This document shows, in pieces, positions 27,170 through 41,010 of a stretch of 64,000 bases of DNA. The stretch is from the human T2T-CHM13v2.0 reference genome, Homo sapiens. The position numbers and the translations under genes were made by a program. The number at the start of each line of letters is the position of its first letter. Position 1 is the stretch's first letter. The stretch is from the NCBI RefSeq assembly GCF_009914755.1, contig NC_060927.1; one strand, written 5' to 3'. The notes under the pieces were generated by a model that did not search any database, had not been told where the DNA came from, and saw only the letters and a program-made list of their open reading frames with translations.

Positions 27170-28170
27170 TCTCTACACCCTCTCTTTGGAGGCTCCTTGC
27201 CGTGCAGGACAGATGGTGGCATGTGCCAGGAACCTAGGCGGTGGCTAAAGGGGCTGGGGGCTAGGAGGATAAGGGTCACTTGACATGTGTCCTCACCAGT
27301 GCTGTGGTGAAGGGACAAGCACTGGACAGGCCTCCAGAGGGGCGTGTCATGTCTCTGTGTGGTTCAATTGCCTGAGCCCTTCATGTTGGGAGGGAGGCTT
27401 CAAAGAGCTGTGACCTTCGGGTTGGCCAGAAGGGCAAGGCCTTTACGGGGTGGTTGTAATTTCCTGCTTTTTTTGGAGAAAGGCTCCGGTGCCCTCTTGT
27501 TCCTGCTCTCCCCTCTCCTACTGAGACCTTAACCACCAAACCCCTCCACCTCCTGTTGACGGAGCTCAGGGCAAGGAAGTGTGTCTGTATCCCGCCCCCT
27601 GACACAGAACACAGTGTCCTGTATTATTTCCAGCCTGCTGGTCCTGGGAATTTCGACTTACTTTTTCTCATTTCCTCCCCTTGAACATTAGAAACATTAG
27701 ATTCCAAAAATAATCTAAGTCACCGTGTTCTACAGGCTGCATGTGTGTGTTTTCTCCCAAAGCTGTTTTTCTCCCTCTTAAATCCTTTCTCCCTCTCCTT
27801 TCTTCCCTCTCCTGCATTTTCAGCCCCATTTGTATCCTGAGATTAGCACGCCTGCAGGAGGAGTGTGGGTGTGGAGAACAGAATGGAGGAAGGATGGGGA
27901 AGAATGCTCAGGCATGAGGCTTGGCTCCCTTCCACGGTTCTCTCAAGAGAGTGGAAGGTGCCAAGACCTGAACTGCTGTGTGTAAAAAGTCTGCCTATGC
28001 AGCCCCTGCTTATGAATGGACCCCATAGAACTGTGGACCCCTTAGTGACTCTTTGGAACTGAGAACTAAGACACTGTGTTAACAGTACTTTCCAGAATCT
28101 GGGCTGTCACACTGACTCTGTCTGCAGCAGTTGAGGTGAGCTGTGAAAAGAAGGTCTGATCAGAGATGAA

Positions 28171-28174
<4 letters not shown>

Positions 28175-28206
<32 letters not shown>

Positions 28207-28363
28207 TGCAGGGCAGTAACTGAGAAAAGTTCATTGACTCATTCGTCAACAGACATTGAGTGTCTACTGTGTGACAGGCCTTCTGTTGGGGCTATGTGTC
28301 TCTACTCTTACCCTAGGCCTTGGATGGAGGATAGTGTAGGGCAGTGCAGGGAAAATCAGAGTT
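28175..28363 (+). repeat. (GT)15 plus ~160 bp, duplicated at 28636-28824
   Basis: Offset 461 bp, 4 mismatches. Confidence 0.95.
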
Positions 28364-28633
28364 AGCACTAATGTAATTCTTGATACATCGTAAGGAAAAG
28401 ATGGTTTAGAGAGTCACCACTCCAGTGGCTAGAACCCAGGTGAGTTAAGATATCAAGGTCTCTGTTGCTTTCTGGGTGGGGTAGGGCTGGTGGAGGTGGG
28501 GTGAGTGTCTTAGTATGTATGGGAGAAAAAGCATGGAGGTGGTCCAAGCAAAAAGGAGACATGTCAGCTCTGCCCCAGTAGGGGAAACAGGGGAAAGGTT
28601 TTGGTACCCTGTTTGAAGAATGAAGGACACTTC

Positions 28634-28635
<2 letters not shown>

Positions 28636-28667
<32 letters not shown>

Positions 28668-29007
28668 TGCAGGGCAGTAACTGAGAAAAGTTCATTGACT
28701 CATTCATCAACAGACATTGAGTGTCTACTGTGTGACAGGCCTTCTGCTGGGACTATGTGTCTCTACTCTTACCCTAGGCCTTGGATGGAGGAGAGTGTAG
28801 GGCAGTGCAGGGAAAATCAGAGTTTATAAAGTAAAACCAATTTTACTTTATAATTTGTTTTATAAATTATAAAGTAATTTGGGAATGCCCCATCACTGGG
28901 CAAAGTATCCACTTCTATTTCCTGTCCTCTCCTTCCAAGGTATAAACAGTTCTGGTCACTCCCTAGAGCCCAAAACAGGACCCAAAGTCTTATCCTGCCT
29001 GGGGTGA
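28636..29007 (+). repeat. Composite: copy of 28175-28363 + 60-bp palindromic AT-rich linker + copy of 26518-26640
   Basis: Direct alignments and fold-back repeats in 28824-28877. Confidence 0.92.
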
Positions 29008-29334
29008 TGAATTTGTCAGACTTTATAAAACAAAGTCTCTGTTTGGGGTAGGAAGCTTTCCCAAGGTTTCTTTCTAGGCATTTTGCTTTGAGGAACCTGC
29101 TTTCCTTCCTTTTTTCTACCTTATACCATTTTCCCTGTTCCTCTTCTACTCCCTTTCCCACTTGTGACCTTCTTGGTCCCTGTCCTGGCATCTCCTCAGG
29201 CCTGTCCTTACCTTTTGTGCACCTGTTCTCTCTGAACTTGTTGAATGGCCTTCCTTTTCCATTCCTGCTTCCTTCCTTGGTCAGAGTTAAGGAAGAGCCC
29301 CATGCACAGTTCAGGCCTCCTGTGGGGGACAGAG

Positions 29335-29560
29335 AGAGCACTGGCTTTGAAACTGGAGAAACCTGGGTTTGAATCCCTGCTGGGCCACTTGTAGCTGAGT
29401 GACTGTGTTCAGTTCACCCCCTCTGAACACTGATTTCTTTATCTGTAAAATATAGATTTTAATACCTGCCTTAGGATTATTGTATGAGTTAAAGAAAATG
29501 TACATAAATCTACCAGTATGGCTGGAGCCTTGAAGACATTCAGCACATGGAACAAATGGT
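29335..29560 (+). mobile_element. MIR
   Basis: CCTGGGTTTGAATCCC...CCACTTGTAGCTG...ATCTGTAAAAT. Confidence 0.7.
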
Positions 29561-31162
29561 AGATTTGTAGAGATAGACTTGTGCTGGCCCATGTAAATGA
29601 GTGGAATCAGCAGTGGATAGATGCCTGGGGAGGCTCTCTTGAGGGGCATGCATGGGGAATACAGCCCCATCCACAACAAAGATGCCAGAGTGGAAAGTAG
29701 GCAGCCTGTGGCAGCAGAGCATGGAGGTGAGGAACCTGGTGGCTGGAGAAACCAAGAAGGGATCTTGAGGAGGACCTCATCAGTGGGTATTAGACACAAG
29801 GTCAGCTGCTAGCAGGGAGAAAAGGAAATGGAAGCTGTAACCAGTCTGGCAGGATCTTAGAGAACACTTGCTGAAGATAAGCCAATCACTGTGCCGAGTA
29901 CTGTGCCAGGGATGGGCAATTGGAAGATGAGCTACATTCAGGCCTGGCCATGTTGGAGCAGAGGGCACCAGCAAACAAATAGCCATTGCACAGGTAAGTT
30001 CACAACGGTGTCTATTAGTGCTATGGGAGCATAGATGGAGAAATGTTTAGCCAGGGTTTGGGATGCAGGGAGATGGAAGAGTGTGAGCAAAGGCACAGCA
30101 GCCTCAAAATGCAGGCTGGATCCTGGGAATGTCTGCAGTTGGGTGTGGCTGGAGCACAGGCTCTACAGAGAGGAGTGCAGGAGGTCTGTGTTCATGCCAT
30201 GTGGGTTACCAGGAGTCAGAGCACAACAGAGAGTCAGAAGTCCATGGAATAACCAGTGGACCACGAGGAAAACTGGATTCTGGCAAATGGTTCAGGTCTT
30301 GCCAGGAGCATCTGAGAATCCTAAAGTCTTTGATTCAGGTCCAATCCCTTACCCATGGCAGAACTCCCTTCCAGATGTGCATTTTTCCAGATTCTTCTGA
30401 GCATTTCCAGGGCTGAGGAAGCCACAGCTTTGTGAGGCAGCCTGTTCCACTGTTCTGTAGCCCCAGTTGTTAGAAAGTCCTCCTTCCAGCAGGCCAGAAT
30501 CTACCCTCCTGTAGTTACACCCTGCAGTCCCATCTCTGTCTCCCAGGGTCATTGGGGAACTACTCTCTTCCTTCCCCTGCAGGGCAGCTCTCCCATAACT
30601 TGGGGACAGTGCTTGGGGACCTTCCTCATGTTTTCTTCACCAGATAAAGTTCTGTGAGTTCTTTCAGCCTATTTTCGTTTGACGTGGGCTCTAAACTCTT
30701 TAATGCAGCTTTCCTGGGACCAGTTTTTCAAGTGGATGAGGGGTAATGGGAGGAGTCTGCAGCTTTTGGTCCCACTTGCACAGGTGAGAATGAGATTTTG
30801 TATGTGTAGGTGCACTAGTTTTTGTAGCCCAAGTTAGTTGATCTGAAACCCCAAGAGTTTGCCCACCCAGAGAATGATGTTCTCTCACTTGAATAGAGAG
30901 AGACACCATCTCATATATAAATACAGGAGGATGTCTTCTCACATGTGAGCACAGAGAGATTTTTCCAGTATGAAAATGTTGAGTTAAAGTGTTCTGGTGC
31001 CAAGGTCAGTAGTAGTTACTGTTTCTCAGGGAAAAGCCCAACTCAAGGGTATCTACTGTTCAACCCCATTCCTGTATCCCATGGCTCTTCCTGAGGTCAT
31101 TCCCAAGGAGAGCAAAAGCCTCATACTCTTATCTTGTAAAGAGTCGGAAACCTGTGGTAAAA

Positions 31163-31252
31163 CAACATGGCACATGTATACCTATGTATCAAACCTGCAC
31201 ATTGTGCACATGTACCCTAGAACTTAAAGTATAATAAAAAAAAGAAAAAAAA
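31163..31252 (+). mobile_element. Short L1PA 3'-end fragment with A tail
   Basis: CATGGCACATGTATACCTATGTA.CAAACCTGCACATTGTGCACATGTACCCTAGAACTTAAAGTATAATAAAAAAA. Confidence 0.9.
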
Positions 31253-32550
31253 CACGCAAAGGAATATTAATCTCTTGGAGGAAATCTGCCTCTAGCTGGA
31301 ATCCCAGAAGGGTTCTTCCCCCAGTCCCCCATCCCATGGCCCCTTTGAAATCCCACTCTTGGTTTGTTCACCTCTAGTCTCTCCTTAGTAAGCTTTCTCT
31401 AGCATAAGAATGTCCTGCTATAGGAACAACTGCTGATGTGGTGAGAAGATATACTCTGTAACATATGCGTTCTGGTGGAGAGATAAAAGAGGGTTTGGTT
31501 TCCTCCATCCTCTTTAGAGATTGGGTTGACCAGCTTGTCCCAGATTTCCCTGGGGAGGTGACCTTGTCATGAGGTGGCAAGAGGGGGTACAAACATGAGG
31601 GCCCTAGAATGGAGAGTGAGACTGGACTTGGGCATTCAGCTCCCATCCCTCAGGGCATTCTCTTCTGTGCTTTGCACATTCCCACCTTTTCATGCCTTTG
31701 TTCATGCCAACACTCCTCCCATTTGGAATGCCTGCTCCACTATATGTGCCTATTAAAACCCTCCCCCAGCTGAAGGTCCAGCTCAGATGCTACTCTCTCT
31801 GTTCTGCCCTGTTGGAGGTGCTCTTTCTCCCTCTGAGCATTTCCTGCAGCCCTTATCCATCCCCCTCAAATTGTCCCTGTTCCATGCCATCTAGCATTAT
31901 AGCTAGGTGCTCAAAGATCTCATTCCCCCAATTATATTGAAAATTTCTGGAGGTTAGGACCAGTGTCTTCAATTACTCTGTGTTGACCAGAGATACTTAG
32001 TGCCAAATAAATAGTTGACCGTGACACAGTCTGTACTCACTGGGCTGCTTGAGAATAGAACAAAACCTGTGAACACTGAGCTGACACAAGAGCACCACCT
32101 ACTGCTGAATGGTTTCTAGGAACGCTACCTTAATGCACTCACTGTTGAAAACTGGGGTGTTAGCAAGTTTCACCTTGCAATGGAAAGAGTGATTTGGAGG
32201 CAAGAAACTGGTTCTGGTCCTTTTATACTAATCCAAGTGGGAACAGATGAGGTGGTAGTGAAAGTAGAAAGGGAAGGGACAAACCCTCGAGACACTCAAG
32301 GGAAGAAAATGAGACCAGTGACTGGCTGGATGTCAGGGGGCAAAGGCAGCACCAAGGCCTTCGTGTTAGGAGGATTGGCAGTGGGACACGAGTGGGAACA
32401 ATTCCCGAAGACATTTTGGAAGAAGGATGGATAATTAAATGAAATTTTAATTTTAATTTGTTTTAAGGCACAGAAAAGTGAAAGAAGTGATTATGAAGGT
32501 TACTAAAAACATTATCATGTGTTAGCTGGTTGTTGCATTTCTGCCCTACA

Positions 32551-32869
<319 letters not shown>

Positions 32870-34914
32870 TAGGGACAATGGATGCTATCTAAACACAGGC
32901 ATTTACCTTGGTCCTCTGGCAGCCTTGAGGAGTGATGGGGCTCTTCATTCAGTAAGTTCTTCCTAAGCCCTGCAGAGTATATCCTGTAGGGTCTGGAAGC
33001 TGGAAACACTGCCAAGCTTCTCCTTGTGGATGTGCCCAGCCTGGCTCCCTGCATGGCCCCTTACCTGTCTGAGCCCCATTGCAGAGGCTGCTGCTGGAAG
33101 AGGGGAGAAGGGGCAAAATGGGGTGCCTAGTCCTCCTCCTAAGCTCAAGGTCAGGCCCACCTAGCACATACCAGCATAGCTAGGTGGTGGTCTTCTCCCC
33201 AAGAGAAGGGCTCCCACAGGGAAGCCTGCCTCCTCCCAGAGAGGGGCTCCCAAAGAAAGAGCTGCCTCATCCTTAGCCTCATGTGGAGCTTTGTTCCCAG
33301 ATGTGCAAGTGATTGGCACAGCCGATTTTAGGATGTGTGGGAGGACTAGATGAGAACATCCAACAGACACTCCATTTTTGCAGTAACAATAATAGTTACC
33401 ATTTATTGAGTGTATCCCTTATGCCAGGAACAACCATTAGCTCATCTAAATTAACTTGCCAAGGGCCAGATCTCAGTTTATGTCTAAATTTAGCTCCGGG
33501 ATAAAGTTGGGCATTATTTTCTCAGCCTGGATTAAATAGGATTTGACCTCTTCAAGTCTACATTTTGGGAAGTGAGTGAAGTACATTCCCTCACTGTGTT
33601 CCTGAAAATATTTTATCAGCATTTGTGGTTCAAATGGAAGGAATTTGGCCACTCAGAGTCAATATCCCGGGGCTGTCTGGGCTGACTCCTGGCTTGGTTA
33701 GTTCTGTTTCTCATCTGCTTGACTTGCTGGCTCCTGGATGACCATTCCTTCCCCACAGGAGGGTAATGAGTGTGTTGCCAGTGCTGCAGGGAATAAAGTG
33801 CATCCAGGCTCATAGGCTGGAAATAAAATGCAAAAACACCTTATTTAAAGTCTGAAAATATTTATATTAATGACTTGGTGAGATTTTTTATTACATCACT
33901 TAACTTGAGGAGGGCAAGTGCGAGGAGAGTGGCCTTTTAAGGCTTAGCATTGAGTGTGTGCTTCTCCAGACAGCTGCTGAACTGCAGCTCATCTGTCAAG
34001 AACAGTGTGTGATTTTAGCATGAAGTTTCGCAGTCTTAGTTTCTCTAATCAGACAGCAACTACTTGTTGTGACTGCCAGTTTATCTTGTCTGAACCCAGA
34101 GGAAGTGGAAAGAGACTAGCATACATTCTGGATCTGCTATGTATCATATGCTATACTCAGAACTTTTCATATATTATCATATTATGATCTTTATCTTCTT
34201 TGACCCAGACATTTGAATAGTTTGTGTGAAAAAGATGGGAGAGGGAACAAAATGGAGGAGAAAGCGGAGGCAGAGACCATCAGTTGGTGAGAAGTCTGCA
34301 ATGTGCTAGTTGGTTTTTGTTCTATGAGATCAAGGCTGGCTTGGTCTCCCCTTTGCAATGAGATAAATGCCTGTATATCTGGGAGGGTCTCAGTCTAGAC
34401 ACTCACTTCGTAGTTAAAAGCAAATCTGAGCTATCACTCCCCTCCAGTGGTTCCCCAATGCATCTTTTGCCCTTTGTGATCTGGTATCTCCCTATCTCCT
34501 ACTATGGCTTCTTACAATCCCTCATTTTATGCTGCTGCTTTAAACCTCCAGGCCTTTGCTTAAGCTATTTCCTCTGATTAAAATGCCCTTGCAAACTACA
34601 CCTTCTTTGCCTGACGAAATCCTGTTGTCTTTCAAGTGCTGTCCAGGTGTTGCCACCCAGAAGCCATCCATGCTTTTCCCTAACCCTATCTCTGCCAAGT
34701 TGGACCAAGTGCTCCTCTACTGTCAGCCCACAGTATACGTCTCTTATAGTATTTTTCACATTTTATTAACATTAACAGAATATGGAATGTGTTTGTCCCC
34801 CTCACTAGACCGTGGCCTTGATCTTTTATCACCCGTGTCTAACCCAATGTCTGGAATACGAGTGCTCAATAAGTGAATGAACAATCACACTAAACATCAT
34901 GAGGGTGTGACTCT

Positions 34915-35420
34915 TGGTATCAGAATGCTTTGGGCTTCAAGAAACAGAAGACAGTAAAATTTGCTTAAATATCAAGGAAATGTATTATTTCACATTTTAA
35001 GTAGTCATTCAGAGACAATGATGTGAGCTTCAAGATTGATGAATCAGTGCGAGCCCATCTTCAGGCACTCAGGATTCTTTCTATCTCACTCCTCTGCTGA
35101 GATCTCACTGTTTGGCCGAGAACTTCCTTGCAAGGCTGTTTCCCTTCATGGTTCTAAGACAGCTGCCAGTTGTAACAGAGCAACATGCTTCACTCTTCCC
35201 CAAGTGATAGGGGTAGCAGGAGAAGGAGGGAGAAACACAGACATTGACTTCTGTTTCCCAGAAGCTCTAAGCAAATCTCTCCTCAATTTCGTTGGTTCAT
35301 ACTCATTAAGACTTGCCCAATCCTGAACATGTAAATAAAAAGGGGAGTGAAATTAGTATGACTGGTTTGAACAAATGATCTGGGGTGAACTGGATGTTAG
35401 GGAATCAATGTTCAATATAC
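34915..35420. mobile_element. Old MaLR LTR (MLT1J/K-like)
   Basis: CAGAATGCTTT...AACAGAA...CTTAAAT...TTATTTCACA...TTCCCAGAAGC. Confidence 0.5.
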
Positions 35421-35519
35421 TACTCTAGAAGGAGTAGTATATCCTTCTTATCCTTAGAGTCTATCATGTCCCATTTTCTCTCTCCTTTCCTCTGGAACTC
35501 TAAGTATGCCTGTGTTAAA

Positions 35520-36160
<641 letters not shown>

Positions 36161-36241
36161 AGATCTTTTAGTTATGTCCCACATCTCTTCTGCTGTGTCC
36201 TGTGCTTCTATTTGCTTTTCTCTCTGTGCTTCAGTGTGCTG

Positions 36242-36262
36242 TTTTCTTTCTTTCTTTCCTTC

Positions 36263-36325
<63 letters not shown>

Positions 36326-36511
36326 TCCTTTCTTTCTTTCTTTCTTTCTTTCTTTCGTCTTTCTTTCTTTCTCTTTCTTCCTTCCTTCCTTTCTCTTTTC
36401 TCTTTTTCTCTTTCTTTCTTTCTTTTCTTCTCTTCCTCTCTTTCTCTCTTGCTCTCTCTCTCTTTCTCCCTTCCTCTTCCCCTTCCCCTTCCTCTTCCCC
36501 TTTCCCTTTTT
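36242..36511. repeat. Compound (CTTT)n/(CCTT)n/(CT)n polypyrimidine tract
   Basis: 270 bp containing only two purines (36357 and 36451). Confidence 0.95.
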
Positions 36512-36514
36512 GTG

Positions 36515-36748
36515 CTGCAAACTCCGCCTTCTGGTTTCAAGCAATTCTCCCACCTCAGCCTCCCGAGTAGCTAGTAGCTGGAATTACAGGCGCCTGCCAC
36601 CACGCCTGGCTATATTTTTGTCTTTTTAGTAGAGACAGGGTTTTGCTGTGTTGGCCAGGCTGGTCTGAAACTCCTGACCTTGTGATCTGTCTGCCTTGGT
36701 CTCCCAAAGTGCTGGGATTACAGGCATGAACCACTGCACCCTGCCCAG
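36515..36748 (-). mobile_element. Alu lacking the 3' ~60 bp of the right arm
   Basis: Begins at CTGCAAACTCCGCC next to the pyrimidine tract and ends at ...CCACTGCACCCTGCCCAG. Confidence 0.88.
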
Positions 36749-36749
36749 T

Positions 36750-37860
36750 GTGCTGTTTTCTATTGATTTGTTTTCAAGTTCATTCATCCTGCTTGCTGCT
36801 GCATCTATTCTGCCATTACACTCATCCAGTGAATTCTTAAGTTCAGTATTATACTCTGCAATTCTAGAATGTTCATACAATTCTTTTTATAGATTATGAT
36901 TCTCCATTGGAACATTCCATTTTTTAATCCATTTTGTCCCTTCCCCCCATTTTTTTAAGATGTCAATCATAGTTATTTTGAAAGCCTTGTCTGCTAATTC
37001 ATATCTGGATCATCTTCTATAGACAATTTTATTGTTTTGATTATCAGTAATTTTTCTCTGTCTCTTTATATATCTTATAATTTACATTGTATAGTGGATA
37101 TTGTAGATGATACACTGTAGAGGCTCTTGATAGTTTATCTTTCCCTAAATATCTTAAAGTCTTATTCAAGAATACAATTAAATTACAAAAGATTATATTG
37201 ATCTAATTGAGCCTTGGTTTAGACTTTGGTATGGTAGGTATATTTTTATCTTTTTATTAATCCTAGTGTATAGCCCTTATTCTAAACATGTGGCTCTTAT
37301 TCCTATAGCTTGGTGTTTCTGGGGTCACAAATGAATGCCCAGAGAGCTCATGAAAGCCTCTCTACTCTGTTTGAATTAGAACTCCCAGCATTTCCCCAGC
37401 ACTGTGTGACCTCTAAAATTTCTTTTTAGCTCTTAATATGCCCCACCTCTCATACCTGTTCTCTGCTAGACTTTCTGGAGTCTTGTCCTGCATATGCAAA
37501 GCTTGGGATTTGGCTAAGGACCTGAGGGAAATTTTAGTGAAGACTTTAAGGTAGCTCCTCTGCATCTCCCTCCACTGTAATATCCTGTCACCCAAATCTC
37601 AGCCTCCTTACCAGTCCCTGAACGCTGATACCCATTTTTTACATCCATCAAGACTATTCCTGCCCTCTGCTTGGCTTCTACTTCTCCGCTCCACAGTTAG
37701 GAAAATATCCTCAGGGAGAAAGCTGAGGTGAATATGGAACTTACACTGTATGCTTTCTCCCTTTCAAGGATCATTGGTCTATCTTGGTTATTGACCAATG
37801 CCTTTCAAATAGCTAATAGACAGTAGGGTTAAATATGATACCAGCTACTTAGTCAGGGAC
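36750..37860 (-). mobile_element. Ancient L1M ORF1/5' region fragment
   Basis: TTTTCAAGTTCA...ATTCTGCCATT...CATCCAGTGAATT...GTTCAG. The minus strand gives a coiled-coil-like ELKNSLDECNGRIDAA..MNELENKSIE typical of L1 ORF1p. Confidence 0.65.
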
Positions 37861-37961
37861 AGACCATAAGTCTCCACGTGAACATTTTAAATAAAAATGC
37901 AAGTATATTGAGGTTACCTGGAGAGCTTCTATGGAATCAGAAAATCAATGGTAGGGCCTAG

Positions 37962-38385
<424 letters not shown>

Positions 38386-39140
38386 TAAGAAAACATTTCA
38401 GATAGTTCTAAATTAAGGCTATGTTTGTGAACTACTATGGTAAACACTAGAGAAATGAGTTTCCAAGAAAAAGAAGTCAGTATGGGCTTATTTGGTCAAG
38501 AAAGGCATCAGGAGGAGATGAGACTTCAATTTTGAAGGATGGGAATAATCTGGAGATTTGAGTGTGGGTATTTCATGGTGGGGGGAAATGTGGACACCAA
38601 TATAGGGATGGAATGAGCATAATATAGTGTGTCTGCATGGCAGTGAATAAAACAATTTGGCTGCAAAAGATACTTGGAATAGGACTGTGATGTGAAATAA
38701 TAATGTAGATTTGGACCAGTCTGGGGTTGAGAGAGGCCTCAAATACCTGGTTAGGAAGATTGGATTTTTCATTGTAGGTATCAGCAATAGTAGGGGTTGG
38801 TTTTTGTTTTCTTTTTATTATTTTGACTGAGATAATGACACGGGAAAGCAATGTATTAGTGCAGTGAACCTGATGGGGTCCGATGGCTTAGTATAAGGGA
38901 CAGAATGGAGTAAGGGGGCCAAATAGGCAAGTATTTGTAATTTATTATCTAGGCAGGGTGGGCTGAGGGATGAGTAGCAGCAATAATGGAAGTAAAAGGC
39001 ATATTCCAGAGTTATTTGAGAAAATAGAGAAAAAGTTAGCTCTGAGGGATGACGCGAAGATGTGGGAAGGCAGGAAAAATTAGTAGTTTTGAGATGCTTG
39101 TGGAACATTAAGAGGATATTAATATTGAGTCCATAGATAC

Positions 39141-39510
39141 TGTCTTAGTTTGTTTTCTGTTGCTATAAAATAATGCCTGAGACTAGGTAATTTATAGAGA
39201 AAGATTTATTTAGCTCATGGTTCTGGAGGCTGGGAAGTCCAAGAGCTTATAGCATCCTGTGAGGATCTACTTGCTGCATCATAACATGGCAGAAGGCACC
39301 ACATGTTGAGACAGGGCAAGTGTGCTAGCTCAGGTTCCTCTTCCTCTCCTTCTAAAGTCACTAATTCCATCATGGGGGGGGTCCCACTTTGATGACCTCA
39401 TCTAATCCTAATTACCTCCCAAAGGCCTCCCCTCTAAATGCCATCAACATATGAACTTGGGGATTAAGTTTTCAACACATGAAATTTGGGGGCACATTCA
39501 AACCATAGCA
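39141..39510 (-). mobile_element. MaLR solo LTR (MST-like)
   Basis: TGTCTTAGTT...TGCTATAA...CTGAGACTAGGTAATTTATA...GTTCTGGAGGCTGGGAAGTCCAAG...CACATTCAAACCATAGCA. Confidence 0.85.
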
Positions 39511-40744
39511 GGCACTGTGTGACTATAGATAGTCCAGGATTTAAGTCTGTATTGGGGAGACCATTTAATGGTTTAAAAGCATGACTTTTGGAGTTATGTG
39601 GACCTAGATTTGAGTCTTTAATATGCCACCCAGAATGTGTGACCATGACCAAGTTACTTAATCTCTCTGAATCTGTTTCTCTACCTAAAAAAAAAATAAA
39701 TAAAAAGGTGGTGATTATGGCATCTGTTACTTCATAAGGCTGTTATGAGGATTGAGATAATGTGTGTAAACCTCATTGTGTAGAGCCTGGCATGTATTTA
39801 TTCTTGTCAATTATCTGGGAAGTTATTGTTAGAGAGCATTATGAAACAGGAACTTGCATGGGATTTAGGTTCAGATGGACACTAGAGTCCAATTTATCTT
39901 CATCACTTACAAGCTGTGGGATCTTAGCCAATTTATTTGGCTTCTTAATACTGAGTTTTCACCATGTTTAAAATGGAATTAACAATATCTTCTTTGTAGC
40001 ATTATTATGAGGATTATGTGACATACACTATGAAGGCTCTTGGCACAGGCACATGAAATAAGACATAGTATTATTGTTGTTGAAGTTGTGGGCCCGGGTG
40101 GATATTCACATGGAGAGGGTTTGATGGATGAAGGGTAAAGGGCTGAGGTCCATGTTTAGATTGTCACAATAGGCTGTGAAGGACACAAAAGGAAGCCACA
40201 AATTGGCAGCCAGGGAAGTGGGAGGTAAGTTTAGATAAGTCATTGTAGGATTGGAGGATTGGTAAGCTTTCAAAATTAGAGTTTTCCTGTCATTTTTGTC
40301 ATGCTGAGACTAGATATGATGTGTCAAGGAAGAAAATTCAAGTATGTGAAAACACTGATTCTCCAGAGAAAATGTTTACAAGTCTAGAGACTTGTGAAAG
40401 CAGGAAGAGACACTCATCATGTCTGAAGCCAGATGGGCTGCTGCTGAAAATTACCTGGTCTTGGGGGGCAGACAGGGTGGAATTTCAGAAAGGACTGCAT
40501 CTGATTCTGACACGAGGTCAAAGTGAGTGAGAACTGACAGAATAAAGAATTCAGAAACTAGGAAGTGACTGGGTTTCATCGTGGGTGTCAACTCAAGAAA
40601 GTAGTAAAAGCAACCATATTTTAAGGGCTGAAGGAGGAATTGGATGGAGGAAAAACAAAGGCAGTAGGGGCAGAACACACTTCTGAAAGTCTGGTGATGA
40701 AGAGAAGGAGAGACAGAAGGAAGCTCCGGGCTCATTGGAGGGTT

Positions 40745-41010
40745 TAGCAGCAGAGTTAAGAGCATCAACTCTGGAACTAGACCTCCTGGGTTTGAAACCT
40801 TGACTCTGATGTTTATTAGCTGTGTGGCTTTAGACAAGTTAATTAATTTCTTGGTGCCTTAGTTTCCTAATTCATAAAAGGGAGATGATGATATTGAGGG
40901 TTAATATTGGGGAGATAATTATGAGGTTATTAGGAGGATTAAGTGAGTTAATATATATAAAGTGCTTAGTACAGTACCTGTCACATAGTGAGCATTTAAC
41001 AAATCTTAGT
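40745..41010 (+). mobile_element. Near full-length MIR
   Basis: GTTAAGAGCA...CTCTGGA...CCTGGGTTTGAA...TAGCTGTGTG...GAGGATTAAGTGAGTTAATA...AGTGCTTAG. Confidence 0.8.

Noticed and set aside
28177-28829. Two near-identical short ORFs (CVCVCVWCRAVTEKSS...) as duplicated micro-genes
   Set aside because: They result from the local duplication plus the GT repeat, with no convincing start context or splice structure.
33201-33272. Imperfect ~37-bp tandem repeat and nearby 9-bp inverted repeat (33157-33187)
   Set aside because: Too short and degenerate to separate from ordinary slippage or chance.
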